Assembly (NCBI GenBank): GCA_000961765.1 | Contig: LADT01000047.1 | Location: forward strand, 16,172 to 80,171 | DNA length: 64,000 nt | Direction of reading: 5' to 3' | Source: Clostridiaceae bacterium BRH_c20a | GTDB lineage: Bacteria; Bacillota; Peptococcia; Peptococcales; BICA1-8 | In this document: one piece after another, positions 45,837 through 55,568 of the stretch | How the letters are laid out: every line of letters begins with the position of its first letter | How positions within the stretch are numbered: position 1 is the first letter of the stretch | Program-made: the position numbers and the translations under genes | The notes under the pieces: generated by a model | What the model was told of the DNA's origin: nothing | Databases searched by the model: none | What the model saw: only the letters and a program-made list of their open reading frames with translations

Positions 45837-46658
45837 ATGGGTGAATGGTCATTAGTAATATTTACAATTCTAATGCAAACAGCCATTGGAGCATACCTTT
45901 GGGCTACACTAATGAAGAGTAGAAAACAAGAAAGGGATTTTAACAAAAATAATATAGCAATTTTAGCTTTGACCGCAGTAGCAATGATAGTATCCTTAAT
46001 GCACCTCGGCACCCCCAGTGGAGCATTGAGAGCACTATTAAATGTAAAAAGCTCATGGCTGAGTCGCGAAATACTATTTAGTGGAGCATTTTTTGGCTTA
46101 GTATTTATTACTGTACTTGGAGACAAGCTAAAATTAAATGGCAGTCAAAAAGTGTTGCTAGGCTGGGTAACCAGTGTAGTAGGTCTACTATCGGTATTTA
46201 GCATGAGTAAGCTTTATATGAGCAGCATTATACCAGCCTGGAATAGTCGCACAACTATGCTAGACTTCTTTGTAACAACCATAGTACTAGGAGGAATTAT
46301 GCTTCTGGTAACCTCTTTAAAAGAACTAGAAGGAGAAGTAGCAAAGCTAAGTATTGTGATGGCAGCGGCTGTACTAATCCATGCAGCAGTATTTCCCAGC
46401 TTTGTGGCAGGGCTAGGTGCTGGAACAGCTGCAGCCCAAACCAGTGCTATGAAGTTAGCCCAAGCCTATGGTGGAATGCTAATTCTGCGTTGGGTCTTAG
46501 TATTAGGTGGAGTAGGTTTAGTAATTTTATCACAGTATAAGAAACAACAGGAAAGCACGTATATTTATTTAGCATTAGCGGCATTAGTATTAGGTCAAAT
46601 TGCCGGCCGTTATATATTCTTTGCTGTTGGAGTTGCCAGAGGTGTTGGAGTTATTTAG
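45837..46658 (+). CDS. dmsC: DMSO reductase membrane anchor (copy 2)
   Basis: MGEWSLVIFT, SLMHLGTP, SWLSREI, GRYIFF; ATG at 45837 follows the dmsB stop. Confidence 0.88.
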   Translation: MGEWSLVIFTILMQTAIGAYLWATLMKSRKQERDFNKNNIAILALTAVAMIVSLMHLGTPSGALRALLNVKSSWLSREILFSGAFFGLVFITVLGDKLKLNGSQKVLLGWVTSVVGLLSVFSMSKLYMSSIIPAWNSRTTMLDFFVTTIVLGGIMLLVTSLKELEGEVAKLSIVMAAAVLIHAAVFPSFVAGLGAGTAAAQTSAMKLAQAYGGMLILRWVLVLGGVGLVILSQYKKQQESTYIYLALAALVLGQIAGRYIFFAVGVARGVGVI

Positions 46659-46703
46659 GCTCTTCGAAATTTAGTAATGTAAAGGCAATGGGGGCGAAGT
46701 TAA

Positions 46704-47396
46704 TTGACAGATAAAAAGCTAGAAGGTATAAAGCTTCTTTTAGAAGAAAGAATGCTGGCCTATGATATTTTAAGACTAGCATATGTAGAGGAGCCTTCAC
46801 GGGAATTTGTTAAAACACTCCTAAATGATAAGCTTATGAACAGCTTTCCTTTTATAGAAGAAGAGGAAGAAATCTCTGCAGGTTGTAGGGAAATAAGCGA
46901 ATATTTAACAAATACTGATGTTCTGGAAGAAAGTCAATATCAAAAGCTGCACTGGGATTATACCAAGATGTTTATAGGTCCATATGAACTTATAGCGCCA
47001 CCATGGGAGTCGGCTTATACCTCTAAGGAAAGATTATTATTCCAAGAAACTACCTTGCAGGTTAGAAATACTTATTTGAAGTATAATTTTATACCAAGGC
47101 ATTATCCCCATGAGGCGGACGACCATATAGGATTAGAATTGGATTATTTATACCAGTTAACAAAGCAAACATTAGAAGCCGGAGAGAAAAATAAAATTCA
47201 AAGGGCTATCCAATTGTTAGAAGAACAGAATAATTTTATTAAAGAGCATTTACAAATATGGATCTCGGAATTTACAGAAAAAATTATTAATGGCGCAGAA
47301 ACTCCGTTTTATCGAGGAATGGCAAAGGTATTAAAAGGGTTTATTATAATTGAGCCTTTAATAATTAAAGAGCTAATCGAAACACTAAAGAGTTAA
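46704..47396 (+). CDS. dmsD: TorD/DmsD family chaperone (copy 2)
   Basis: YTKMFIGP....APPWESAY, EADDHIGLELDY. Confidence 0.9.
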   Translation: MTDKKLEGIKLLLEERMLAYDILRLAYVEEPSREFVKTLLNDKLMNSFPFIEEEEEISAGCREISEYLTNTDVLEESQYQKLHWDYTKMFIGPYELIAPPWESAYTSKERLLFQETTLQVRNTYLKYNFIPRHYPHEADDHIGLELDYLYQLTKQTLEAGEKNKIQRAIQLLEEQNNFIKEHLQIWISEFTEKIINGAETPFYRGMAKVLKGFIIIEPLIIKELIETLKS

Positions 47397-47403
47397 AGTA
47401 TAA

Positions 47404-47438
47404 AAGGAATCAAACTAGAAATAATAGTTTGATTCTTT
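47404..47438. terminator. Bidirectional terminator between dmsD2 and the ABC permease
   Basis: AAGGAATCAAACTA-N7-TAGTTTGATTCTTT between convergent genes. Confidence 0.6.
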
Positions 47439-47447
47439 CTTATTTTC

Positions 47448-48269
47448 TTATCGCCACTTCAGAAACAACTGCTCCAAAAGCACTACAGCCTTATACATAA
47501 CTGCTGCTGCAATTGCCAAAATAATAACACTCGTCATAACTAAATCCAGCTTAAATACCTGCCCCCCGTAAACAATTAAATACCCCAAACCTGCCTTAGA
47601 TACTAAAAATTCACCTACAATAACTCCGACCCAGGATAACCCGACATTAATTTTTAATGCGGAGATAATTGTGGGGACACTTGCTGGCAGGATAGCTTTT
47701 TGCAGAATTTGTACTTTTGTAGCCCCAAAGGTTTTTAAAAGCTTAATCATATCACTATCAACCTGAGAGAATCCAGAATAAACCCCTAAAATCGTGACAA
47801 CTAGAGAGATTAATAAAGCCATGGCAATAATGGCTGTTGAACCATTACCAATCCAGACAATTAAGATAGGTCCTAGTGCAATCTTGGGTAGGGCATTTAA
47901 GATTACCAGGTAAGGATCCAAAACTTCAGCGGCGAAATCAGACCACCACAAGTAAATTGCAAAAAGGGTTCCAATTATTGTGCCTGAAACAAACCCCACA
48001 ACTGTTTCTAATACTGTTATACCTATGTGGTAATATAATGTACCTTCATTATGAAGGTTTACTAAGGTTTTCCAGATTCGGGATGGTTGGCTGGTAATAA
48101 AAGGGTCTATCCAACCCATACGGCCGGCTATTTCCCAAAGAACGACAAAACCTATTAATAAAATAATTTGCGTACCTAAAACTTTCCAGTGGTAGAGCTT
48201 TTTACTCTTCAGGTAGGCTGCATGTTCTATTGAGATAGATGGCTCTAGTTTATTTTCAGGCATGGACAT
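47448..48269 (-). CDS. ABC transporter permease (SsuC/TauC/ThiX type)
   Basis: LNALPKIALGP, EAA-like loop FGATKVQIL.K.ILP, GVIVGEFL.S..GLG. Confidence 0.9.
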   Translation of the reverse strand: MSMPENKLEPSISIEHAAYLKSKKLYHWKVLGTQIILLIGFVVLWEIAGRMGWIDPFITSQPSRIWKTLVNLHNEGTLYYHIGITVLETVVGFVSGTIIGTLFAIYLWWSDFAAEVLDPYLVILNALPKIALGPILIVWIGNGSTAIIAMALLISLVVTILGVYSGFSQVDSDMIKLLKTFGATKVQILQKAILPASVPTIISALKINVGLSWVGVIVGEFLVSKAGLGYLIVYGGQVFKLDLVMTSVIILAIAAAVMYKAVVLLEQLFLKWR

Positions 48270-49029
48270 CCAGCTCCTTCCAGATTTTATTGAAGTATTC
48301 TCTAAATTCTGGTGCCTCCCGGCAGCCTAGAGGAGTATGGGAATTACATGTTAAGTTTATTTGATAAATATTTTTAACGGTCCCTGGTCTTTTAGATAAA
48401 ACTACTACTTTATTAGCCATACTGATTGCTTCTGATAGGTCGTGGGTTACCAAGATTGCCGTTTTATTTTCTTTTTCAATAATTTGTTTTACTTCGTCAG
48501 ATACTACTAATCTTGTCTGGTAATCTAAAGCGGAAAAAGCCTCATCCAGTAATAAAATATCGGGATTAGTGGCTAAGGTTCGGATAAGAGCCACCCGTTG
48601 CCTCATTCCTCCCGATAATTGGCTGGGATATTTATGTTTAAAGTCAATTAAACCATAATCTCTTAGAAGTTTTTGCGCAAAATTTATATTTGCTTCAGTC
48701 TTTTTATTTTGAATTTCTAGGCCAAGAACAACGTTTTTCCAGATATTCCGCCATCCAAATAACTGATCTGTCTGGGGCATGTAGCCCACCATAATGGTGG
48801 GCCCAGATACTTTCTTATCCTTAATCAACACTTCACCAGATGAGGGGGCAATAAGGCCAGCGATTATATTAAGTAAAGTTGATTTACCACAGCCGCTAGG
48901 CCCAACAATACTAACAAATTCCCCTTGGAAAATATCTAGAGAGACGTTTTTTAAGGCTGCAACCTCACCTTCAGTACTCTGATATTTCATGGAAATGTTG
49001 TTTATAGCTACTATAGGGCGAGCCTTCAC
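48256..49029 (-). CDS. ABC transporter ATPase (SsuB/TauB type)
   Basis: GPSGCGKST, LSGGMRQR, LLLDEAFSALD, VTHD. Confidence 0.92.
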   Translation of the reverse strand: MKARPIVAINNISMKYQSTEGEVAALKNVSLDIFQGEFVSIVGPSGCGKSTLLNIIAGLIAPSSGEVLIKDKKVSGPTIMVGYMPQTDQLFGWRNIWKNVVLGLEIQNKKTEANINFAQKLLRDYGLIDFKHKYPSQLSGGMRQRVALIRTLATNPDILLLDEAFSALDYQTRLVVSDEVKQIIEKENKTAILVTHDLSEAISMANKVVVLSKRPGTVKNIYQINLTCNSHTPLGCREAPEFREYFNKIWKELDVHA

Positions 49030-49206
49030 AAGCCATCTCTCCTTCCAGTAGTGAATAACCGGGTAATCTCTCGGGTTTCGTACCCAGTGCTCAGGGACCA
49101 GGGTCCAATTAAGAATTATGTTAAAGTATTTTCTTAACCTTAACCTTAATCTAGTGAAACGAAGTGAGCGAAATCTTAATCTAGCGAAGCGAAATCTTTA
49201 ACCCCA

Positions 49207-50211
49207 CTACTTCACAGCTTTAATCGCTTGTTCGGCGAAGCTATTTGTTACCAGTTTGTCATAAGGAGCTCTTTTATCGAGTTCGCCAGCTAATTGCATT
49301 ACATCTTGTAGTCTGCTAAAGGCGTCTTCAGTGAATAATGGATTTTGAGCCCAGGCATCAATTTCTTTGTAACGTTTAGCTACAGCCGCTAATATTTTCT
49401 CATCAGAGTCAGGAAAGGATGGCTTAATAGCCTTGGCAATCTCTTCTGGGGAATGGTCAAATGTCCAGAGCTGTCCGCGGTAGATTGCATTTGTAAACTT
49501 CTGAATTATTTCTTTGTTGTTTTCTAGATAGCTTTTTTTAGCTGAAAAGACTGTATATGGTATTTCACCACTTTCTTGACCTACTGACGCTACCACATAT
49601 CCATGACCAGCCTCTTCAAGAGTTGCGGCTACAGGCTCGAATAAAGTAACATACTCTCCTGTGCCCCCGGTAAAGGCTCCTGCCATGAGAGCAAACTGTA
49701 TATTAGTCAAAACTTCTACATCCTTACCAGGCATAATGCCTTTGTTTTTCAACACATATTCCAGAGTCATCTCCGGCATACCGCCTTTACGACCACCGAT
49801 AATAGTGGTTCCTTTTACCTTTTCCCAGGCGAAAGCAGGATCTGGTTCCCTGGCTACTAGAAATGATCCATCCCTTTTAGTTAACTGTGCAAAGTTTACT
49901 GCATAGTCTTCTTTACCTTCGTTAAAAACATAAACTGTTGCTTCTGGTCCCATGAAACCTATATCTGATTGCCCTGAAAGAATGGCAGTCATTACCTTAT
50001 CTGCTCCTTGACCTGTTGTTAAGTCTAGTTCAATACCCTCCTGTTCAAAAAAACCTTGGTTAATAGCCACATACATAGGGGCATAAAACACGGAACGGGT
50101 TACCTCATTTAGCTGAATTTTAGCTAATTTTTGTTCCCCACATCCTACCAGTGCGGTTGCAACTAAAGCTATAATTGTTAATAGTATCAACCAACCGGTA
50201 AATCTTTTCAT
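49207..50211 (-). CDS. ABC substrate-binding lipoprotein (NMT1/THI5/SsuA-like)
   Basis: Lipobox LVGC, FYAPMYVA...GFFEQEG, G.DKVMTA.LSG. Confidence 0.88.
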   Translation of the reverse strand: MKRFTGWLILLTIIALVATALVGCGEQKLAKIQLNEVTRSVFYAPMYVAINQGFFEQEGIELDLTTGQGADKVMTAILSGQSDIGFMGPEATVYVFNEGKEDYAVNFAQLTKRDGSFLVAREPDPAFAWEKVKGTTIIGGRKGGMPEMTLEYVLKNKGIMPGKDVEVLTNIQFALMAGAFTGGTGEYVTLFEPVAATLEEAGHGYVVASVGQESGEIPYTVFSAKKSYLENNKEIIQKFTNAIYRGQLWTFDHSPEEIAKAIKPSFPDSDEKILAAVAKRYKEIDAWAQNPLFTEDAFSRLQDVMQLAGELDKRAPYDKLVTNSFAEQAIKAVK

Positions 50212-50428
50212 AAAATCAATCGCCTCCCAAGAATTTGTTTAAACTCATTTCATAATATTAAAAAAAGTTTTATTCGGTTACTGTTGTTTTTCGGTAAAAA
50301 CAAAAATTTTTACTGAACTAGTAGGTAATTTATAGTAGAATAAATTTAAGTATATAGAGGGGATTTTTATCAAATGGAAGTTTAACCTAATTTGACTCCA
50401 TACATATAATAAGTTGGGAGTGTTCAAA

Positions 50429-50812
50429 ATGACCAAGAGCGATCACAAGATTTTTGCAGCTGTTGCCCATATCGCTATTTTTTTTGAAGTAGTAGGTCTA
50501 ATAATTGCTTTAATAATTTACGGTTTAAAAGGTAAAGAGTCGCAATTTATAAGTAATTCAGCCAAACAGGCAATGGGTTGGCAGATTTTGGTTCTAATTG
50601 TTCAGAAGGTTGTTATATTCTTGACTATGGGAACTTTTTTAGGCGGAATGAGAATGGGTATCCATCCACTGCAGGGTTTTTTTGGAATGTTTACCGTCAA
50701 TGGACTAGTAAGTGTGATATTCATTATTGTGGCGATTATTGGTGCTATTAAAGCCTTAAATGGTGAAGAATATCAATATCCGTTAATTGGTGATTTTGTC
50801 GCTAAAATTTAA
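50429..50812 (+). CDS. DUF4870 family membrane protein
   Basis: AAVAHI, KQAMGWQ, A.KALNGEEYQYPLIG; ATG 50429 after GGGAG. Confidence 0.8.
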   Translation: MTKSDHKIFAAVAHIAIFFEVVGLIIALIIYGLKGKESQFISNSAKQAMGWQILVLIVQKVVIFLTMGTFLGGMRMGIHPLQGFFGMFTVNGLVSVIFIIVAIIGAIKALNGEEYQYPLIGDFVAKI

Positions 50813-50948
50813 TACTGAGACCTGCGAAGGGGGTTTTCATTTTTTTTGGCTGACTATTGGTTATAAATCAGCAGGAAAGTTATAAAAATTAGCGAATTTA
50901 GTATATTATGTTATAAATTCAGAGACATTCTTACTATTAGAGGTATAT

Positions 50949-52391
50949 ATGCAAATAATATTTGTTATAACGTTGGTGCTCGCCTTTATGTCTATTATGC
51001 TATACAAAAATTTCCTAAAATATCGAGAAATGAAGAGAAGGCACAAGAACAGTCTACAGGATTTAGAATTTGCCCAGGAAAGAATATATTATCTAGCCCA
51101 TTATGATACCTTAACCGATTTACCCAATAAGCTTCGGTTTTATGAGGAGTTAAACACAGCCTTAGCTAAAGCCAAAATAGAAAATCATCTGGTTGCTTTA
51201 CTAAGTCTTGATTTGGACAACTTTAAAAATGTTAATGATTCTTTAGGGCATTTTTACGGTGATTTGTTGCTAATGCAGGTTGCCAGGCAGCTAAGGAATA
51301 TTGTTAATCCAATGGACACTGTTGCCCGCTTAGGTGGGGATGAATTTATCATAATCCAAAAAGAGGTTTTCGCTGCTCAGGAAGTAAATGATTTAGCTGA
51401 AAAATTAATGGAAATTTTCAGTAATACCTTTCTTCTGGGAGAGAGCGAGTTTCTTATTACACCTAGTGTAGGAATAGCAGTTTTCCCTTTTGATGGTGAG
51501 GAAGGTGACGTTTTACTGAAAAATGTTGATACTGCTATGTATAGTGCCAAAAAATTGGGTAAAAATAATTATCAATTTTTTGATAGGATTATGATTATTG
51601 AAATCTTAGAGCGAGTTGAACTAGAGAACAGCTTACGAAAGGCTATAGAGCAAGATGAGTTTGTTATCTATTATCAGCCCATCGTAGAAACTAATACTGC
51701 AAAAATAATAGGATTAGAAGCCTTACTGCGCTGGCAGCATCCTCAGAAAGGATTATTAAGTCCAGGATATTTTATAAAAGCAGCTGAGGAAACAGGACTA
51801 ATTATACCACTAGGTAAGTGGGTGCTTGAAAATGCCTGCCAGCAGGTCAGAAAATGGCATCAAAAGGGTTTTAACGACCTTATGCTTTCCGTTAATTTAT
51901 CTCCGGCCCAGCTTAGAGATGATAATTTAGTAAAAACAATATCTCAGATTATTGAAAAGTGCAATATAATTCCAAATTGCCTCAAGCTTGAGGTCACAGA
52001 AAGTATAGCTATTGAAAACATAGGATTTGTTTGCTCTATTCTTGAAGAGCTTGAAAAGTTAGGGGTAGGTATATCTTTAGATGATTTTGGAACAGGGTAC
52101 TCCTCACTAAGCTACTTAAGAAAATTACCAATTAATAATTTAAAAATTGATAGATCATTTATTAGCAAACTTAATATAGGTTATGAGGAAGATGAAATTG
52201 CTATTGCGGTAATTAATCTAGCTCATGCTATGGGTATTACCGTAACCGCTGAAGGAGTAGAGACAAAAGAGCAGTTAGTTTTTTTGCAGGAGCAAAACTG
52301 TGATTCTGTGCAGGGATATTATTTTAGTAGGCCTATCCCTGTTGTGGAATTAGAAGAATTATTAGAAAAACAAAAAAAATTTGTTTCTTAA
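50949..52391 (+). CDS. Membrane-anchored GGDEF-EAL protein
   Basis: N-terminal TM, HYDTLTDLPN, ARLGGDEF, EAL (LEALLRW), LDDFGTGYSSL, AEGVE; no RxxD I-site. Confidence 0.92.
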   Translation: MQIIFVITLVLAFMSIMLYKNFLKYREMKRRHKNSLQDLEFAQERIYYLAHYDTLTDLPNKLRFYEELNTALAKAKIENHLVALLSLDLDNFKNVNDSLGHFYGDLLLMQVARQLRNIVNPMDTVARLGGDEFIIIQKEVFAAQEVNDLAEKLMEIFSNTFLLGESEFLITPSVGIAVFPFDGEEGDVLLKNVDTAMYSAKKLGKNNYQFFDRIMIIEILERVELENSLRKAIEQDEFVIYYQPIVETNTAKIIGLEALLRWQHPQKGLLSPGYFIKAAEETGLIIPLGKWVLENACQQVRKWHQKGFNDLMLSVNLSPAQLRDDNLVKTISQIIEKCNIIPNCLKLEVTESIAIENIGFVCSILEELEKLGVGISLDDFGTGYSSLSYLRKLPINNLKIDRSFISKLNIGYEEDEIAIAVINLAHAMGITVTAEGVETKEQLVFLQEQNCDSVQGYYFSRPIPVVELEELLEKQKKFVS

Positions 52392-52598
52392 ATAATCGGT
52401 TTGAATAGCCGGTTATTTTTACGTTCACTTATCCCAAGACCAGATTTTTACAACTCTAAAAAGATAGACATATAAATAATAAAAGACTCGAAAAATATAG
52501 CAATAACTAGAACTTTTCCTAGAGTATTACGTCTATATATAAAGAATATTTTTTAAAGGGGGATAGTATTAAGCAGACAAAAATTATCGGAGGTAAAA

Positions 52599-55271
52599 AT
52601 GACTAAGAAAATTTTTATAGCATTTCTAATGACAGTATTATTTATTGGTGTTTTGTATGTTTTACCTCAAAAAGTAAATGCTCAGGAAACAACTAGCTTT
52701 AAGTTTATTCATATTACCGATACCCATATTGGCTCGGCTAATGGCAATAAATATTCACCGGCCATTGTGCAGGATATTTTAACTAATTATCAAGATGCCG
52801 GTTTTATTGTCCACGGCGGTGATATAACGGAACTGGGCATGCCTCAGGAATATCAACACTATCTGGAAATAATAAAACCACTAAAGCAGCCCATTTACTA
52901 TTTGCCCGGTAACCATGAAAGTCGCTGGACTGATGCTGGCAAAGGATATTTCAAAAGCTTTTTTGGACCTACCTATACCTCTTGGGACTATCAGGGGGTT
53001 CACTTTATTGCTCTTGATACCTCCATTGCCCAAGGCCAACATGGATCCTTGGATAAAGAAATGCTGGAATGGTTAAAAAAAGACCTTGCAAAGGTAGAAA
53101 AAACTGTTCCGGTAATAATGTTTGCTCACCATCCAGTCTTTTTTGATGAGGCAATTGATGCAACTAAATTTATGGATAATGATTGGGATCTGTGGCCAAT
53201 AGTAAAGGATTATAATATCGCTGGGATTTTTACCGGTCATGGTCATAAGGACCTCTTCTGGTCGGTAAATGAGATACCCGGTATTATGACGGAAACGGTA
53301 ATGGATGGCGGTTATTCGGTTATTGAGGTTGACAAGGCTAAAGGGGAACTAGTGGTTTATAACCGCTTAGTAGAGGGACAAACCTATACGGAATTTGCTC
53401 GTTTGCCCTTTAAAAAGCCCGCTGTCAAATCGGCTGTAAAGATAACTTCACCGGAGCAAAATAAAAACATATCGGGCAGTTCATTTATATTAAAAGCCGA
53501 CTTAATTAACTGGGCAGTGAAGCCCCAAAAAGTAGAATATAAGCTGGAGGACTTTTCATGGAAGCCTTTGGATTTAGTTAATAATACCTACCAAAAGGAA
53601 ATAGACCTTAAAGAAATAGAGGATGGTATTAGAAATATCTGGGTTAGAGCAGTACATAGCAACGGCAAGGTCTATTTAGATAGGGTAACCTTTAGGATTA
53701 AGCAAAATGAGAATGTAAAAATTCTGTGGGAAACAAGCTTATCAGGTGGTATTTTACATGCTCCTAGTGCTAGTCAACAGTTCCTTTATATCGGTGATAA
53801 CAGTGGTAGGGTGTATCAGCTGGATCAAAAAACCGGTAAAAAGAACTGGGAGTTTAAAACAGGTGGACCTATTACCGATTCTCCACACTATGTTGATGGT
53901 AAAGTATATGTCGGCTCAGCTGATGGTAAGGTTTATGCTCTTAAGGCTACAAATGGTCAGAAACTATGGGAATTCTCAACCGGTGGTGCAGTTATTGCTT
54001 CTCCTGTAGTCAAAGGCGATAAAGTTTTTGTAGGCTCCAGTGATTTTAATTTCTATACCCTTGATGCTAACACTGGAAAATTAGCTTGGAATTTTACTAC
54101 AGGTAATACCATTGCCAGTTCTGCTGCAGTAGGAACTGATACTGTCTATTTTGGCAGCTGGGATAATAATTTATATGCTATAGATATTTTAACCGGTCAA
54201 GAAAAGTGGCGTAAACAGTTGGGCTCTCAGGTTTATTACGCTCCTGCGGGCAGTTCACCTTTATATTTAAAGGGTAATGTATATATAAGTACTCCAGCTG
54301 GGAAGGTTTTTGCCTTCGATGGAGAAACTGGCGAACAGCTTTGGGAAGTAAGTGCGGCTTCAGGGCTTTCTAACCCCACTGTGTTAAATGGGGCTATCAT
54401 TTACAGCACTACCTCGGGTTCCGTTTATGCTCTTGACCCTGAAACCGGAGAAAATGTCTGGCAGAATGATACCAGGGTTACAGGATACCGCTCTTCTCCC
54501 ATGCTCCAGGGTGGAAATATTATCTTAAATGGACATAAGGGTAAGATAATCTCAGTAAATACTACAGAAGAAAATCCTGTCAATTGGACTATTAATCTAG
54601 GGGAAACATATTTATTTAGCAATGGAACAGTTAATGAAGATCTTTTCTTTATAGGAACTTTGGGTGGCAAGGTTGTGGCTTTAGAAGCTGAAAAAGGTGC
54701 TATGCCCAAACCTTTTCCTCTCCTAGCCGCCTTTAGTGATGTATTGGATCATTGGGCTAGAAAAGATTTAAACAAGCTGGCTAAGCTAGGTTGGATTTCA
54801 GGATTTACCGATGGTTCCTATCGTCCTGATATTCCTGTTACCCGGGCAGAATTAGCCGGGATGCTAACCCGCTACCTAAACTATACAGAACCAAGCAGTT
54901 CCTTTAGCAGTAAATTCTCTGATTTAGAAGGGCACTGGGCGCAACACGCCATTGCTGCTTTAGAGGAACAGGGTATTGCAGGTGGTTATAAACTAAAGGA
55001 TAAAAATGTGTATAAACCAGATGCGAAGATAACCCGGGCTGAAGCAGCAGTTATGCTGACTAGAGCACTGAAAATCTATGCTCCCCCCCAGGAATTTACA
55101 TCTAGCTTCTCAGATATCAACAACCATTGGGCCAAGGAAGCGATCATGGCACTAGAAGAACAAAAGCTAATCAGCGGTTATAAGGATAATGAAAAGCTAT
55201 TATTTAAGCCTGAAGGTGTATTATCCAGGGCGGAAATAGGTGTAATTCTAGTAAGAATGTCAGCTCGCTAA
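52599..55271 (+). CDS. Secreted metallophosphoesterase + PQQ-like beta-propeller + SLH domains
   Basis: Signal peptide; DTH, GD, GNHE, HHP, GHGH motifs; repeated YALDA.TG...W units; three SLH-type repeats (F.D...HWA, G.I.G, YRPD..VTRAE). Confidence 0.85.
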   Translation: MTKKIFIAFLMTVLFIGVLYVLPQKVNAQETTSFKFIHITDTHIGSANGNKYSPAIVQDILTNYQDAGFIVHGGDITELGMPQEYQHYLEIIKPLKQPIYYLPGNHESRWTDAGKGYFKSFFGPTYTSWDYQGVHFIALDTSIAQGQHGSLDKEMLEWLKKDLAKVEKTVPVIMFAHHPVFFDEAIDATKFMDNDWDLWPIVKDYNIAGIFTGHGHKDLFWSVNEIPGIMTETVMDGGYSVIEVDKAKGELVVYNRLVEGQTYTEFARLPFKKPAVKSAVKITSPEQNKNISGSSFILKADLINWAVKPQKVEYKLEDFSWKPLDLVNNTYQKEIDLKEIEDGIRNIWVRAVHSNGKVYLDRVTFRIKQNENVKILWETSLSGGILHAPSASQQFLYIGDNSGRVYQLDQKTGKKNWEFKTGGPITDSPHYVDGKVYVGSADGKVYALKATNGQKLWEFSTGGAVIASPVVKGDKVFVGSSDFNFYTLDANTGKLAWNFTTGNTIASSAAVGTDTVYFGSWDNNLYAIDILTGQEKWRKQLGSQVYYAPAGSSPLYLKGNVYISTPAGKVFAFDGETGEQLWEVSAASGLSNPTVLNGAIIYSTTSGSVYALDPETGENVWQNDTRVTGYRSSPMLQGGNIILNGHKGKIISVNTTEENPVNWTINLGETYLFSNGTVNEDLFFIGTLGGKVVALEAEKGAMPKPFPLLAAFSDVLDHWARKDLNKLAKLGWISGFTDGSYRPDIPVTRAELAGMLTRYLNYTEPSSSFSSKFSDLEGHWAQHAIAALEEQGIAGGYKLKDKNVYKPDAKITRAEAAVMLTRALKIYAPPQEFTSSFSDINNHWAKEAIMALEEQKLISGYKDNEKLLFKPEGVLSRAEIGVILVRMSAR

Positions 55272-55280
55272 AACAAAAAT

Positions 55281-55310
55281 AAACCCGGACTAAGCTCCGG
55301 GTTTGTTTTT
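55281..55310 (+). terminator. Intrinsic terminator
   Basis: AAACCCGGA-ctaagc-TCCGGGTTT then GTTTTT. Confidence 0.75.
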
Positions 55311-55323
55311 GTTTAGTCTATAA

Positions 55324-55470
55324 GTGGGCGCGTGAGCGCGAAAAATATTGTCTATCGTCTATTGACTATAGTCCATAGACCAATAACTTCTAGTAGCAAA
55401 CTATCCACTACGACTAGTCACCAGTCACTACCTCCAGAGTTATCTTTTTTAATCGCGCTCACGCGCCCAC
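55324..55470. mobile_element. MITE-like element with perfect 18-bp terminal inverted repeats
   Basis: GTGGGCGCGTGAGCGCGA (55324-55341) and TCGCGCTCACGCGCCCAC (55453-55470) flank a heptamer-periodic interior. Confidence 0.6.
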
Positions 55471-55568
55471 GAATTAACGAATCGACGTTTCTGGTTTTTC
55501 TTACTAAAAGGATAATGTCAGTTTTAGTCGAAATTATCTAAAGACTATGAAATGAATGGGGATGTAAA

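Noticed and set aside
55332-55541. 69-aa ORF (-)
   Set aside because: It lies within the MITE-like element, and its periodic composition derives from the heptamer filler.
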